Source: an uncultured Pseudomonadota bacterium (lineage in GTDB: Bacteria > Chloroflexota > UBA5177 > JAJPKF01). Taken from it: a stretch of DNA of 64,000 nucleotides. The translations under genes and the position numbers were made by a program. How positions within the stretch are numbered: position 1 is the first letter of the stretch; every line of letters starts with the position of its first letter. Of this stretch, positions 9,700 through 19,561 are shown one piece after another. Location of the stretch: assembly GCA_963836045.1 (NCBI GenBank), contig CAWIIC010000016.1:886-64885 (forward strand). The letters are read 5' to 3'. The notes below the pieces were generated by a model that was not told where the DNA came from, did no database searches, and saw only the letters and a program-made list of their open reading frames with translations.

Positions 9700-9934
9700 T
9701 CTCCTTGAGCAGTGGTTCTCACTGCTCCAATCGAGCGCTGAGAAGCTTATTCATCTTACAGAGCGTCAGCAATCGCAAACGCTTCGCGGCTCGAGTCTTC
9801 CTTCCCGGAGTGCTCACGGCGGGACCTTGGCGGCTCGAGTCGCCTGAAACAGCTTTCACCGTTGTTGGAGATGGCCCAGCTCGCGGTGATTGCGTCAGTT
9901 CGGCACCTCGGTGGAAGACAATGGGGTGACCAAA

Positions 9935-10060
9935 GCGCGGCGCTCGGCTGAATTCTGGGCAATGCGCACCACGATCGAGTGGAGCTACAACCTCCTCGAC
10001 CCTCAGGAGCAGGCTGTCTTCCGCTGTCTCTCCGTCTTCGCTGGCGGGGGCGACGCCGAG
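9935..10060 (+). pseudogene. Remnant of an HTH-ATPase-TPR (LAL-like) regulator
   Basis: AMRTTIEWSYNLLDPQEQAVFRCLSVFAGG parallels QSMRSVIAWSYDMLPENLKSLFCRLSVFVGGF in the regulator at 54689-57597. There is no upstream ATPase part and no downstream TPR part. Confidence 0.5.
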
Positions 10061-10113
10061 CCCCGGGTTTTCGATAATGGAGCGCCACCAGCACTCGAGG
10101 GGAGGTCACGGCC

Positions 10114-10422
10114 ATGGGTCAAGTCATTGTCAACGCGGCTGTGTCGCTCGACGGGTTCATCGCGGACACGGCCGGCCACGTGGGTCCGCTGTTCGATTAC
10201 TACGAGAACGGCGAGGTCGAGGCAATCCTCGGTGACCCTGACAGGGACTTCAAGGTCACCGCGATAACGGCCGGGTATCTCGAGCGACCTCTGCCCCCTT
10301 ATCTATCGCACGTTGAGATGAGCGGTTCAAATCTGTCAAGCGTCAGACTGGCACGGGGATGCGACGTGATGACCAGCCAGGTCCATCTTGTGGTCGGTCA
10401 CTCAAATGGCGCCGGTAGCTGA
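10114..10422 (+). pseudogene. Dihydrofolate-reductase-family (RibD C-terminal domain) protein; only the N-terminal about 55 aa look homologous
   Basis: MGQVIVNAAVSLDGFIADTAGHVGPLFDYYENGEVE resembles the start of this family. The remainder of the ORF does not. Confidence 0.4.
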
Positions 10423-10443
10423 TCGACTCTATAGACTCGAGGG

Positions 10444-10999
10444 GTGAGGTCACCGCAGACGCTGAGTGAAGCTGATCGGCGCATTGTCGCCGCATGGGCG
10501 GCCGATTGTGCAGAGCGGGTGGTGGGATTGTTCGAGGGTGTGGCTCCAGCGCGACGGGCGCCCGCGCGCGCTCATTGCCCGCACGCGTGCGTTTGCGCGA
10601 GGAGAGCTGAACGCCGCCGAGGAGATTCGTCGTCGCTTCGTCGGTGGTGTGCCTGCCGGCCAGGTGGCAGCTCCCGCCGCTGTCGCGGCCGCACGTGCCG
10701 CCGGTCAAGCCGTGGCGACATGCCACATGGGCGCGCACGCACTCGGTGCCGCCGCATATGCCGCTAGAGCCGCCGCCTTGGCGGCTCCGGATCAGCCGGA
10801 CGTCGTCCACGACGAGATCCGCTGGCAGCTCAGCCATATGACACCAGAGGTCCGCGCTGCACTCAGCGCTCTGCCACCAGTCGGCGAGAACTCGTCAGGC
10901 CCTCTTGGGCCCGGGCTTCTCGCGTCTGGCCAGCTCGGCACGATCGTCCGTGAGCTCCAAATCGGCCTTGCCGAGCTTCCTGACTCCAGGCTTCATTGA
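10444..10999 (+). pseudogene. Conserved hypothetical (family often annotated as putative immunity protein or, wrongly, exonuclease SbcC), frameshifted
   Basis: LSEADRRIVAAWAADCAERVVGLFEGVAP is in frame 1 (ORF 10444..10767). DGRPRALIARTRAFARGEL...AAVAAARAAGQAVATCHMGAHALGAAAYAARAA continues in frame 2 (ORF 10466..10999). The switch is near 10530-10560. Confidence 0.5.
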
Positions 11000-11105
11000 A
11001 CCGGTCACCCTCGTCATCACCCGGATGATCGTTTGGGCCGCGGGACCTGCTCCACGTCGAACCGGGGCCGCAAGCTCGTCGACCAGGGGGAAACAGTCCG
11101 AGTTG
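11000..11105 (-). pseudogene. Fragment duplicated from the cNMP-binding domain of an MFS-cNMP gene
   Basis: DNA at 11005-11100 aligns by eye with 4970-5075: ...CCCGGATGATCGT.TGGGCCGCGGG.ACCTGCTCCAC.TCGAA.CGGGCCGCAAGCTCGTCGA... No transporter part is attached. Confidence 0.55.
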
Positions 11106-11425
11106 GGCAAAGTGGGTATTTGGCCAGTTGATGGTGTACTGTCACGAAATTTCTGGCCGGCGACTGCTGACGGAGGCTCTCCTCTATAATCGATCCATAG
11201 TCCGCTTGGGGAAGGGCGTTGTCGATTAGAGCGGGACAGAAGGTTGAGTGGATCCCGTCGCACGCGGTTCCGCGCCTCCTTGCCACTGGCCCTTGCGGCT
11301 GCCCGAGGTGGTCCGCGGCACGCACGTGTTCGGGCACGGATTCAGCCAACCCGATGCTGTCGCGTCGCATGGCTTGCCTCACAAAGCCGCCTCGTCCCCG
11401 CCCCGGTTGAAGTCGAGGGTCCTGA

Positions 11426-13246
11426 ATGGTGAATCGGCACAGGCGCAGAAACGGTAGAGCACTTCTCGCACTCGTCGTGGTATTCGCTACGACGGCGTGG
11501 CTGTGCGTTGGCCCGGCAAGCGCGGCTACACCCTATGACTGGCCGCAGTTCGATGATGGTGACTGGAGCGGGACCCATTCGGGCTTCAACGCTCAGGAGA
11601 CCGCGATCGGCAGCGGCAATGTGTCCAGTCTTGCGGTCCTGTTCCGGGCGGCGCTTCCCAGCGTGGCCGACGGGGCTCCTGCCTACCTGTCAGATGTCAC
11701 GACGGGCTCAGGGGTCAAGGATCTCCTGTTCCTTACCACCAAGGACGGGCACATTCTTGCCCTCGACGCTGGCACCGGCGCAGCTGTATGGAGTCACCAG
11801 TACGGCCCCGGAACGTGCAAGGTAAACAACGGGAGTATCGCCTGCTTCACCACCTCGTCTCCCGCAGTCGACCCAAATCGCCAGTACGTCTACAGTTACG
11901 GCCTAGACGGCAGCGTCCACAAGTATGCCGTCGGCGACGGTGCGGAAGTGACGACTGGTGGTTGGCCGGAGACCGTGACACTCAAGGCCTTTGACGAGAA
12001 GGAGTCCCCGGCACTGAGCATAGCGAGTACGCCCGGGGGTGACTATCTGTACGTCGCCAACGGCGGCTACCCCGGCGACAACGGAGACTACCAGGGTCAC
12101 GTGACTACTATCAACCTTGCCACCGGAGCGCAGAAGGTGTTCAATACCCTGTGCAGCGACCAGACCGTTCACTTTGTGGAGACACCGGGTACTCCGGACT
12201 GCAGCCAAGTCCAGTCGGCAGTGTGGGCGCGGCCGGGAGTGATATACGACCCTCATACCAACGGCGGCAACGGATCGATCTTCTTCGCGACGGGAAACGG
12301 CACCTTCGATGGGAATACGGCTGCCCACGACTGGGGCGACTCGGTACTCGAGCTACATCCCGACGGTACGGGCTCGGGCGGCAACCCGATCGACAGCTAT
12401 ACGCCAACGAACTTCGAACAGCTGCAGAACACCGATGCGGATCTAGGGAGCACGGCACCTGCGATACTGCCGGCCAGTGCCATCCCCTCCGCAAGCCAGT
12501 ACAAGGACGTTGCCGTTCAAGGCGGCAAGGACGGAGACCTTCGGCTGCTGAACCTGGACAATCTGAGTGGTCAGGGAGGGCCCGGGCACGTCGGCGGAGA
12601 GATTCAGATCGTATCCGTTGGCGGCCAGGTTCTGGCGCAGCCCGCGGTCTGGGTTAATCCCGCGGACGGAAGCATCTGGGTCTTCGTCGTGGGTTCCTCT
12701 ACCATCACCGGATTCGACCTCACCGTCGATTCGAACGGCATACCTCACCTGCAATCCCAGTGGTCGCAGCCCGACGGTGCTCAGAGCTCACCCCTTGTGG
12801 CGAATGGCGTTCTCTATGATGCCCACAACAGCGTGATCGAGGCCCGCGATCCGGTGACCGGGTCGCAATTGTGGCACGACACGACCATCGGTGGGATCCA
12901 CTGGGAGTCGCCTATTGTGGCAAACGGCAAACTGTACATCTCTGATGAATCGGGTAACCTGACGGCCTACTCGCTCGGCGCCACGTACGTGCGGGTGTCG
13001 CACTTCTCTGCTCGCCGAACGAAGGGCGGCATCACATTTCGGTGGACCGCGGCGAAGGCTTCCGGCCTCGCCGGCTTCTACCTGACCACCAGCCACCACA
13101 GGTTGAACCATCGGCTCATAGCCCGGCACATGAGAAGTATGTATTCATACACGACAGGACCAATCCGGGCAAGCCGATTCCAGCTGTACACCGTGACCCT
13201 CGATGGGCATTCCCAGCAGGTCGCATCCACCACTCCACGCCCCTGA
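11426..13246 (+). CDS. Secreted PQQ-like (BamB-type) beta-propeller repeat protein with a C-terminal about 89-aa module
   Basis: Signal-like RALLALVVVFATTAWLCVGPASA. Repeats of the type DGHILALDAGTGAAVWSH, VANGVLYDAHNSVIEARDPVTGSQLW and IVANGKLYISDESGNLTAYSL. Confidence 0.75.
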   Translation: MVNRHRRRNGRALLALVVVFATTAWLCVGPASAATPYDWPQFDDGDWSGTHSGFNAQETAIGSGNVSSLAVLFRAALPSVADGAPAYLSDVTTGSGVKDLLFLTTKDGHILALDAGTGAAVWSHQYGPGTCKVNNGSIACFTTSSPAVDPNRQYVYSYGLDGSVHKYAVGDGAEVTTGGWPETVTLKAFDEKESPALSIASTPGGDYLYVANGGYPGDNGDYQGHVTTINLATGAQKVFNTLCSDQTVHFVETPGTPDCSQVQSAVWARPGVIYDPHTNGGNGSIFFATGNGTFDGNTAAHDWGDSVLELHPDGTGSGGNPIDSYTPTNFEQLQNTDADLGSTAPAILPASAIPSASQYKDVAVQGGKDGDLRLLNLDNLSGQGGPGHVGGEIQIVSVGGQVLAQPAVWVNPADGSIWVFVVGSSTITGFDLTVDSNGIPHLQSQWSQPDGAQSSPLVANGVLYDAHNSVIEARDPVTGSQLWHDTTIGGIHWESPIVANGKLYISDESGNLTAYSLGATYVRVSHFSARRTKGGITFRWTAAKASGLAGFYLTTSHHRLNHRLIARHMRSMYSYTTGPIRASRFQLYTVTLDGHSQQVASTTPRP

Positions 13247-13424
13247 GCAACCCAGGCGCGCTAAGTGCAGCTAATACCTACTATGCATTGACCTGGTCAA
13301 CCCACTCCACAATCGGGGCGCTGACCCTCACCTGTCTCGGGAAGGCGACTGGAACACTAGTTCAAGAGGTCTGCCTTGTAGACGCTATAATGATGACCAG
13401 CATCGAAAGAGTTGTGGAGGACCC

Positions 13425-15419
13425 ATGGCCGTCATGGTTCGGGCGCGGGTGGCTCACCGGTCGCTCATAACAGTCGCTGCCTGCTTCGTATTTATCGCGG
13501 CGATGGTTGGCGCGGGAGTCGTGACTCCGGCCGGCTCAGCGTCCGCGTCCACCAGTCGCCACCGCTCGAGCCTGGTAGATTCCCGCGTCCATTTCCTACG
13601 GCCGCCGATCTTCCACCACGGCAGGCGGGATGGCTGTCCCACGACCGGCTGCCCGCCCTTGAACGCCTACCTGACCTATGGTGGAGGCGCGGTTATGCAC
13701 ACCCTGACCGTCTACACCATCTTCTGGCTTGCCCCCGGTTACCACTTTGAGGCGCCATACGGTGGCCCCGGCAGCACTGTGGCGGACTTCCGTTACGAGG
13801 ACCTGATCCAGCGCTTTTTCCACGATGTCGGCAGCACCCCCTATTACAACATCCTGACCCAGTACTCCGATCAGACCGGCCAGGTGCAGGACAACGTGAC
13901 ATTTGGCGGGTCGTTTGTCGACATCGGCAAGCTCAACCAGTTCAACCCCTCGGACCTCGGAACCGCATCCCAACCCCTGATGGACTCTGACATCCAGGAC
14001 GTCATCAAGCAGGCCGCGAAGGACAGTTCATGGCCCCTGGGCAGCCCCAACGTCGAGTACTTCGTGTTCACACCGGCTACGGCCCAAAGCTGCTACTCGT
14101 TTAGCAGCTGCGACGGGGAGATCTCCTCCGGCCCCGGTGCGTACTGCGCCTACCACTCGAGCTTTGCCTCCGGTTCCGGCACAACCCTCTACGCCAACAT
14201 GTTCGACGCCGGCTACTCGACCGCGTGCGGAGGACCCAACTGGGAGTACATGGGCAAGCCCGTCGGTCCTTTCGACGGATACGGACCGAACGGGGATGCG
14301 GTTGCCGATTATGAGATCAGCCCAACGTCTCACGAGATGGCAGAAACGGTCACCGACCCCAGCGGATCGAACGGATGGTACGACCTAAAGAACAGCAATG
14401 AGATCGGCGACACCTGCGCCTACAATTTCGGGACGCTGAATCCCGACAAGGGCAACGTTGTTCTCCAATCGCACTCCTACCTGATCCAGCGCGAGTGGAG
14501 CAACGACGGCAAGGCATGCGTAAGCGGCTTCAGCTGGCCGGCGACGCTGCCCGTGAATTCGACTGCCGACACAGTGCCGGCCCACGGCCCCACTCCACTC
14601 TGCCCCAGTGTCCCTGGGGGCGACGCGAACAATCTCAATTATTCGCTCCGCTGCGCCATCGGCAACGCCAACAATGATGCCGTGGCCGAGACGACCGACC
14701 ACGTTATCACGTTTAACACGTGCGGTTCATCCTGTGTCATCAAGCTCACCTCCGCTTTGCCCCCGATAAAGGCGCGTGGACTCGCGATTGCCGGCGGAGG
14801 TACCACAACACTTTCCGGTCGACACGCCGTCCGGGGCGGTCTGTATGTCGACGCATCATACACGACCATCGGCGGCCTGACCGTCGAGAGCTTCACCCGG
14901 GATGCTATCGACGTAGGCCTCAACTCCAGATCGGTCAGAATTGGCGGATCGCTTGGCAACGTGCTGAAAAACAACGGCGGCTATGGCCTGTCTGTCGGAA
15001 GCAGCAGCTCGGACGGATCGAAAGCAATCTTCACCTCCAACCAAATTTACGGGGATGCCGCCGGCGGGATACACCTGACGGGCCTCCCACCTGCCCAATG
15101 TGGGTCCGGACTAAAACCCGGAGCGCCGAACGATTATCTGGCCTGCCCTTTGATCGCAAAGGCGTCTCGCACCAACGTGAGCGGCACCTCATCTTGCGAC
15201 CACGACTGCACGGTGCAGCTGTTCTTGGTTCCCAAGCGACCCGACCGAAGCAGGCATGGCCAGGCCCAGGCATACATGGGGCAGGCGACGGTCGCCGGCG
15301 GAGCCTGGTCGGTAAGGCCCCTGGTGGCTCTGGCAAAGGGACAAAGGGTCACGGCCACGGTGACTGACCCGGACGTTGGCGAGACCTCTGAGTTTTCTGC
15401 GAACAAGGCTGTTCGCTAA
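13425..15419 (+). CDS. Secreted protein: PHI-1/EXORDIUM-like N-terminal domain plus C-terminal parallel-beta-helix-like region
   Basis: Signal-like LITVAACFVFIAAMVGAGVVTPAGSASA. LTYGGGAVMHTLTVYTIFW...CAYHSSF...PNGDAVADYEISPTSHEMAETVTDP..GWYD...EIGDTCAYNFG resembles the Phi_1 pattern from memory. GGAGGA lies upstream. Confidence 0.6.
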   Translation: MAVMVRARVAHRSLITVAACFVFIAAMVGAGVVTPAGSASASTSRHRSSLVDSRVHFLRPPIFHHGRRDGCPTTGCPPLNAYLTYGGGAVMHTLTVYTIFWLAPGYHFEAPYGGPGSTVADFRYEDLIQRFFHDVGSTPYYNILTQYSDQTGQVQDNVTFGGSFVDIGKLNQFNPSDLGTASQPLMDSDIQDVIKQAAKDSSWPLGSPNVEYFVFTPATAQSCYSFSSCDGEISSGPGAYCAYHSSFASGSGTTLYANMFDAGYSTACGGPNWEYMGKPVGPFDGYGPNGDAVADYEISPTSHEMAETVTDPSGSNGWYDLKNSNEIGDTCAYNFGTLNPDKGNVVLQSHSYLIQREWSNDGKACVSGFSWPATLPVNSTADTVPAHGPTPLCPSVPGGDANNLNYSLRCAIGNANNDAVAETTDHVITFNTCGSSCVIKLTSALPPIKARGLAIAGGGTTTLSGRHAVRGGLYVDASYTTIGGLTVESFTRDAIDVGLNSRSVRIGGSLGNVLKNNGGYGLSVGSSSSDGSKAIFTSNQIYGDAAGGIHLTGLPPAQCGSGLKPGAPNDYLACPLIAKASRTNVSGTSSCDHDCTVQLFLVPKRPDRSRHGQAQAYMGQATVAGGAWSVRPLVALAKGQRVTATVTDPDVGETSEFSANKAVR

Positions 15420-15737
15420 GCCCCGCCGGTAGGACGCAGAGTGCGTGTCCTCTTGAAGAACCTGCGAGAGGAGTGTCACCGTCGAGATCTTCCGTTCCTC
15501 GACAAAACTTCACTACCGCAACCGCCCGGATTCTCGGGTCTGCCTGCCACGACCAGGAATGACGGTTCGTAATACTGGGGACCAAAACCCCTGGTCAAAC
15601 CCAACCCATCAACCTAGAGTGAATTCTTAGACGGGTCTTGGCCCCAGCCTGGTGGCTGGCCGGGGACGACCCCACGGTTTCTGCGCCTCGCCAAGTACCG
15701 GAGGGACACTCGAGACGGCTGATACGAACCCATAAGT

Positions 15738-15928
15738 CGGCTGGAATCAGCTCGACAGGTCAGGCAATTATTTTTGCCACGGCAGCCGCGGCAAGCCATC
15801 AAATGAGTTTTCCCGAAATTCCGACGAATTTGGCTGATTTATGGCTCTGCCGCCTTTCATGAAAAGGTGCCACCTCGCCACTCCCCTTACTGTGTGGTCA
15901 CGTGGTCAAGCTCGTCCTTCTGCTCCTA
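15738..15928 (-). repeat. Copy 1 of an about 190-bp dispersed repeat (copy 2 at 43093-43282); possibly the N-terminal debris of an IS transposase
   Basis: Hand alignment gives roughly three-quarters identity with 43093-43282. Minus-strand translations share KF V.(I/V)(S/T)GK...WL.AA.VA.K, which looks like an HTH, but both copies contain stops. Confidence 0.55.
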
Positions 15929-15990
15929 TTCTGGTAGGAAGCGGTCCCAACTATCGACCGATGGCGACAGCTTGAGCTCGCCGCCTCCGC

Positions 15991-16096
15991 ACGAGTGCTC
16001 ATCCCACGGCGTCGCATTCTTCTTTAAGCAGTCTTCGGGGCCCCGGACCGAGATGGGGCGATGCCTGCACGGCAAGTTGTGGGAGGAGTACCCGGT
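15991..16096 (+). pseudogene. Remnant of a DUF5131 (phage Gp37/Gp68 family) protein C-terminus
   Basis: GVAFFFKQSSGPRTEMGRCLHGKLWEEYP resembles the family ending VPFFFKQWGG....GR.LDGR.W.E.P. Nothing homologous lies upstream. Confidence 0.4.
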
Positions 16097-16623
16097 GCAC
16101 ATGACTCAACCTGCTGACAACTCCCAAATCTGAACCAATCCCCAGATCGAGGCTGGCGCCTTCCGGCGATCTGCCTCGGGCAGCTCGCGAGAGGCCCTCC
16201 GGTACACGTCGACATCAATTTTCGCCCGGGCCGCCCAAATTGCGCTCCAACAGAGCTGTGGCCCCTTCACGGTGCATTTCTCACTCGACCTTATATAGAC
16301 GTTCAAGAAGCCTGTGATCGCCATCTGGTGTTGTAGCTTTGAATGTCCAGCGACCGTTCCTCAAGAGCTATCGCCAGCTCGTCGGTGAGCGCCCGGCAGA
16401 ACGCAGCCGGACTTGCGTACGACCTCTCGCGGTTCACATTGTCGGAGAACAAACTCCCGGTCCGAAACGCTCCCCAACCGAGACAGCAGTCACGAACTGC
16501 CACTCCAGCTAACGGCAGGAAAAACACCTAAACTGGTGAGTCACTGATTGCCCACCCACTGCGCTGCTGCCAAATAGCTGGGAATCGTCAGTGCCCGTCG
16601 AACATACCAAAGGAGTCGCGTTC

Positions 16624-18051
16624 ATGCCGACTATCGACGAGCTGTGGAACGTCGTAAAGGAACAGCAGAAGGAAATCCAAGCCCACCGCGAGGAAATCCA
16701 GGCCCTGAGGAAGAAGCGTCATCGCGCCCCAGTTTCACGCCGAGGACTCGCCCTGGTCGCGACCGTCATCGCTGCCGTGGCCCTGAGCGGAGCCGCGTTT
16801 GCGGCTGGACCGGTCAGCGCCAATCTGGTCCATGGCTGCTACAGCCCCAACACCAGAGCTCTAACGCTTGCAAGGGTATCGGGGTGTCCAAAGGGCACCG
16901 TCGCGATCGCTTGGAATCAGTTCACCGCCATCACGGCGAGTAAACCCCTCACGGTCACGCCGGGTGTCAGGGGAAGTGCTCCCAACGTGACTCTCACCGG
17001 AACGGTGCCCACAGCTCGGAGCTTCACCGGCTCGTTGACTGGAGACGTGCGTGGCACCCAGGGCACGACCAAGGTGGGAGCGATACAGGGAGTGCCGGTA
17101 TCCAGGACCACGCCGAGCAACAGCCAGCTACTCGGTTTCAACGGCACCACCTGGACGCCGACCTCCGTCTATGATCCGCGGCAGGTCGCCCTGCTCAAGT
17201 GGTATTCCGAGCCGGCTGGTTGGGTACCCGCAAGCGTGACCGTGGGGACCGGCCCCTGGGGTGTGGCTTTCGACGGGAGCCACATCTGGGTCGCGAATGA
17301 AAGCACCGGAAACGTGAGCGAGATCGACGTTGCCGGCCACACCGTCATCAACACGGTTACGGTGGGTGGCAATCCAATCGGGGTTGCCTTCGACGGCAGC
17401 CACATCTGGGTCTCGAACGTCAACGACACGGTCAGCGAGATAAGCGACACGCCCACTCCCACCGTCATCAACACCGTGACGGTGGGGAGCGATCCTGGCG
17501 CCGTGGCCTTCGATGGCAGCCACATCTGGGTCTCGAACGACGCCGCCAACACCGTCAGCGAGATTGACGTGGCCACTCACAGCGTCATCAACACCGTGAC
17601 CGTGGGACCCCTGGGTGGACGTCGGGGCATGGCCTTCGACGGCAGCCACGTCTGGGTGGCGAACGACGGTGGCAATACCGTGAGCGAGATCGCTGACACG
17701 GCCAACCCCAGCGTCATCAACACCGTGACCGTGGGCAGAAATCCGCAAGGTGTGGCCTTCGACGGCAGCCACATCTGGGTGGCGAACGGCGCCAGCACCG
17801 TCAGCGAGATCGACGTGGCCACCCGCCGCGTCATCAATACCGTGACCGTGGGGCCCAACCCCGGTGCCGTAGCCTTCGACGGCAGCCACATCTGGGCGGC
17901 GAGCGACGACAACACCGTGAGCGAGATCGAAGTAGCCACTCACAGCGTCATCAACACCGTGAACGTGGGATCAACTCCCTTCGGCATTGCCTTCGACGGC
18001 AGCCACATCTGGGTTACGAACTTCGGCGGTACCACCGTGAGCATTCTCTAG
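16624..18051 (+). CDS. Membrane-anchored 7-blade YVTN/NHL-like beta-propeller protein
   Basis: ATG 16624 follows AAGGAG. Coiled N-terminus, then TM helix LALVATVIAAVALSGAAFAA. Then seven units of about 42 aa: VINTVTVG..P.GVAFDGSHIWV.N...NTVSEIDVA. Confidence 0.8.
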   Translation: MPTIDELWNVVKEQQKEIQAHREEIQALRKKRHRAPVSRRGLALVATVIAAVALSGAAFAAGPVSANLVHGCYSPNTRALTLARVSGCPKGTVAIAWNQFTAITASKPLTVTPGVRGSAPNVTLTGTVPTARSFTGSLTGDVRGTQGTTKVGAIQGVPVSRTTPSNSQLLGFNGTTWTPTSVYDPRQVALLKWYSEPAGWVPASVTVGTGPWGVAFDGSHIWVANESTGNVSEIDVAGHTVINTVTVGGNPIGVAFDGSHIWVSNVNDTVSEISDTPTPTVINTVTVGSDPGAVAFDGSHIWVSNDAANTVSEIDVATHSVINTVTVGPLGGRRGMAFDGSHVWVANDGGNTVSEIADTANPSVINTVTVGRNPQGVAFDGSHIWVANGASTVSEIDVATRRVINTVTVGPNPGAVAFDGSHIWAASDDNTVSEIEVATHSVINTVNVGSTPFGIAFDGSHIWVTNFGGTTVSIL

Positions 18052-18496
18052 CCCCACCTCCAACGGAGCCCCAGCAAATGCACCGCGACCCGCCCCGGCC
18101 AAGCGCCGGAGCAGGTGCCGTGCAAAGCCCACTGAACACGCCGTCGTCAACCGTACAAATACGCCGCAATGCTCAGGAATCCGCGCCGGGGTCGTTTTCC
18201 ACGTACTCCTGTTGCCGGTGCTCAGAGGTGGGGGTGTCGCCCTTACGGCCTGTGCCATTCGACATATCACAGGCGTCCGTACACAAGTCCTGCCTACTCA
18301 CGCTCTGTGTCGATCTCATCCTGATGCACGGAAATGTCTATCCCTTCCCTCTGGGCCTGACCGCCACGCGCTCGCCGGCGTGCTGAGCGGCTCACCAGGA
18401 GGCGTCCTCCAATAGTGGCGAACCCGTATCGTCTATGTTGGCTCCGGCGACGCACTGCTACGCCCTGAACGCTTCTAGGCTAAAGACTGCGACTAT

Positions 18497-19501
18497 CTAC
18501 TTCCATACGGCGATCGTTTTGCCGGACGGCTTCCGCACCGCGATTACGTTCTGGCCCGCCTTTGCCTGATAGACACGCACGTCTGTTAGCCGGCGATCAT
18601 CCACGGCGAGCGGCGGACTGATGAAGTTCCACGACTGTAAGCGTTGCCCTGACAGTGAAAAACGTGTCAGGTTACCTTGCACGCAGCCGACGCACAATAC
18701 CTCGCTAACTACCCACAGGTCGCCCCTCAGTCCTACCGTGATCTCATCCGGCGAGACCCCGCTCCAGCGCCGAGCCAGTAGTTGGCCACGCTTGTTGAAT
18801 ACGGCAATAGAGCCACCTACCGGCGTGTTGTCGGCGGCGAATCCAACATACACGCGGCCGCGCTGGACGGCGATCGAATCGGGATGCTGATGTCTTCCAA
18901 GGCCACGCGTGGACCATGCGGACCATCGGCGTCCATTTGGTGTGAGTGTTTGGATCCGCTGGCCACTGTAGTCAGCGACGAACAGCTTGCCACCTGAGGC
19001 AACAGCCAAGCCGCCAATAGTCCGGAACTGTCCGCGCCCCCTACCTTTCCCGCCGGCATGCCACAGCAGGTGCCCACCTCGCCCGATTTTGATTATTCGG
19101 CCGCTCTGGCTTGAGGCGGCATACACGTTTCCATAGCCGTCTACTGCTAAATTGTCGGCAGGCAGGGGCATGGGGAGACAGCGCTGTATCCGGCCGGACG
19201 GCGACAGAACCAGCACCTGATGGCTGCCGCCGTTGGCCACAAAGACCTTGCCTCGGCCATGCACGACCACATCTTGGGGCCGTGCAAAGCGACGCTGGAC
19301 TGAGGCATGGGAGCATGTCGACCGTAATCGCTCCCGCCCTGAGGCTGAAATGACGTTGTGCAATGACGATGCGCCAACCGGAACCACGCCGGCGCTCGAT
19401 AGAACGGTGCTCAGACCCACCGCAAGGAGAATTCCCAGTCGCACCTGACGAGACCGTTTCACTGACTCCGACAGTGAGGCGAGCCGTAGTTGAAGTGTCA
19501 T
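18497..19501 (-). CDS. Secreted NHL-repeat beta-propeller protein
   Basis: 334 aa. Signal-like LGILLAVGLSTVLSSAGVVPVGA. NHL-like units (GKVFVANGGSHQVLVLSPSGR, GNVYAASSQSGRIIKI, GKLFVADYSGQRIQTL, GRVYVGF). Confidence 0.7.
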   Translation of the reverse strand: MTLQLRLASLSESVKRSRQVRLGILLAVGLSTVLSSAGVVPVGASSLHNVISASGRERLRSTCSHASVQRRFARPQDVVVHGRGKVFVANGGSHQVLVLSPSGRIQRCLPMPLPADNLAVDGYGNVYAASSQSGRIIKIGRGGHLLWHAGGKGRGRGQFRTIGGLAVASGGKLFVADYSGQRIQTLTPNGRRWSAWSTRGLGRHQHPDSIAVQRGRVYVGFAADNTPVGGSIAVFNKRGQLLARRWSGVSPDEITVGLRGDLWVVSEVLCVGCVQGNLTRFSLSGQRLQSWNFISPPLAVDDRRLTDVRVYQAKAGQNVIAVRKPSGKTIAVWK

Positions 19502-19561
19502 TGCCAGATGCTACCGCGAAACCGAGGCCAAACGGCATGTTTTGAAAGTCTTCAATGTCCC

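Noticed and set aside
10310-10345. GGTTCAAATC, resembling a tRNA T-loop.
   Set aside because: The flanking bases cannot form a T-stem, and no acceptor or anticodon arms are evident. It lies inside the DHFR-family remnant ORF.
17128-17943. 271-aa and two 120-135-aa minus-strand ORFs with repeating peptides inside the YVTN gene.
   Set aside because: Their periodicity only mirrors the 7 blade repeats of the plus-strand gene. They have no start context, and the sense strand has signal/TM and propeller motifs.
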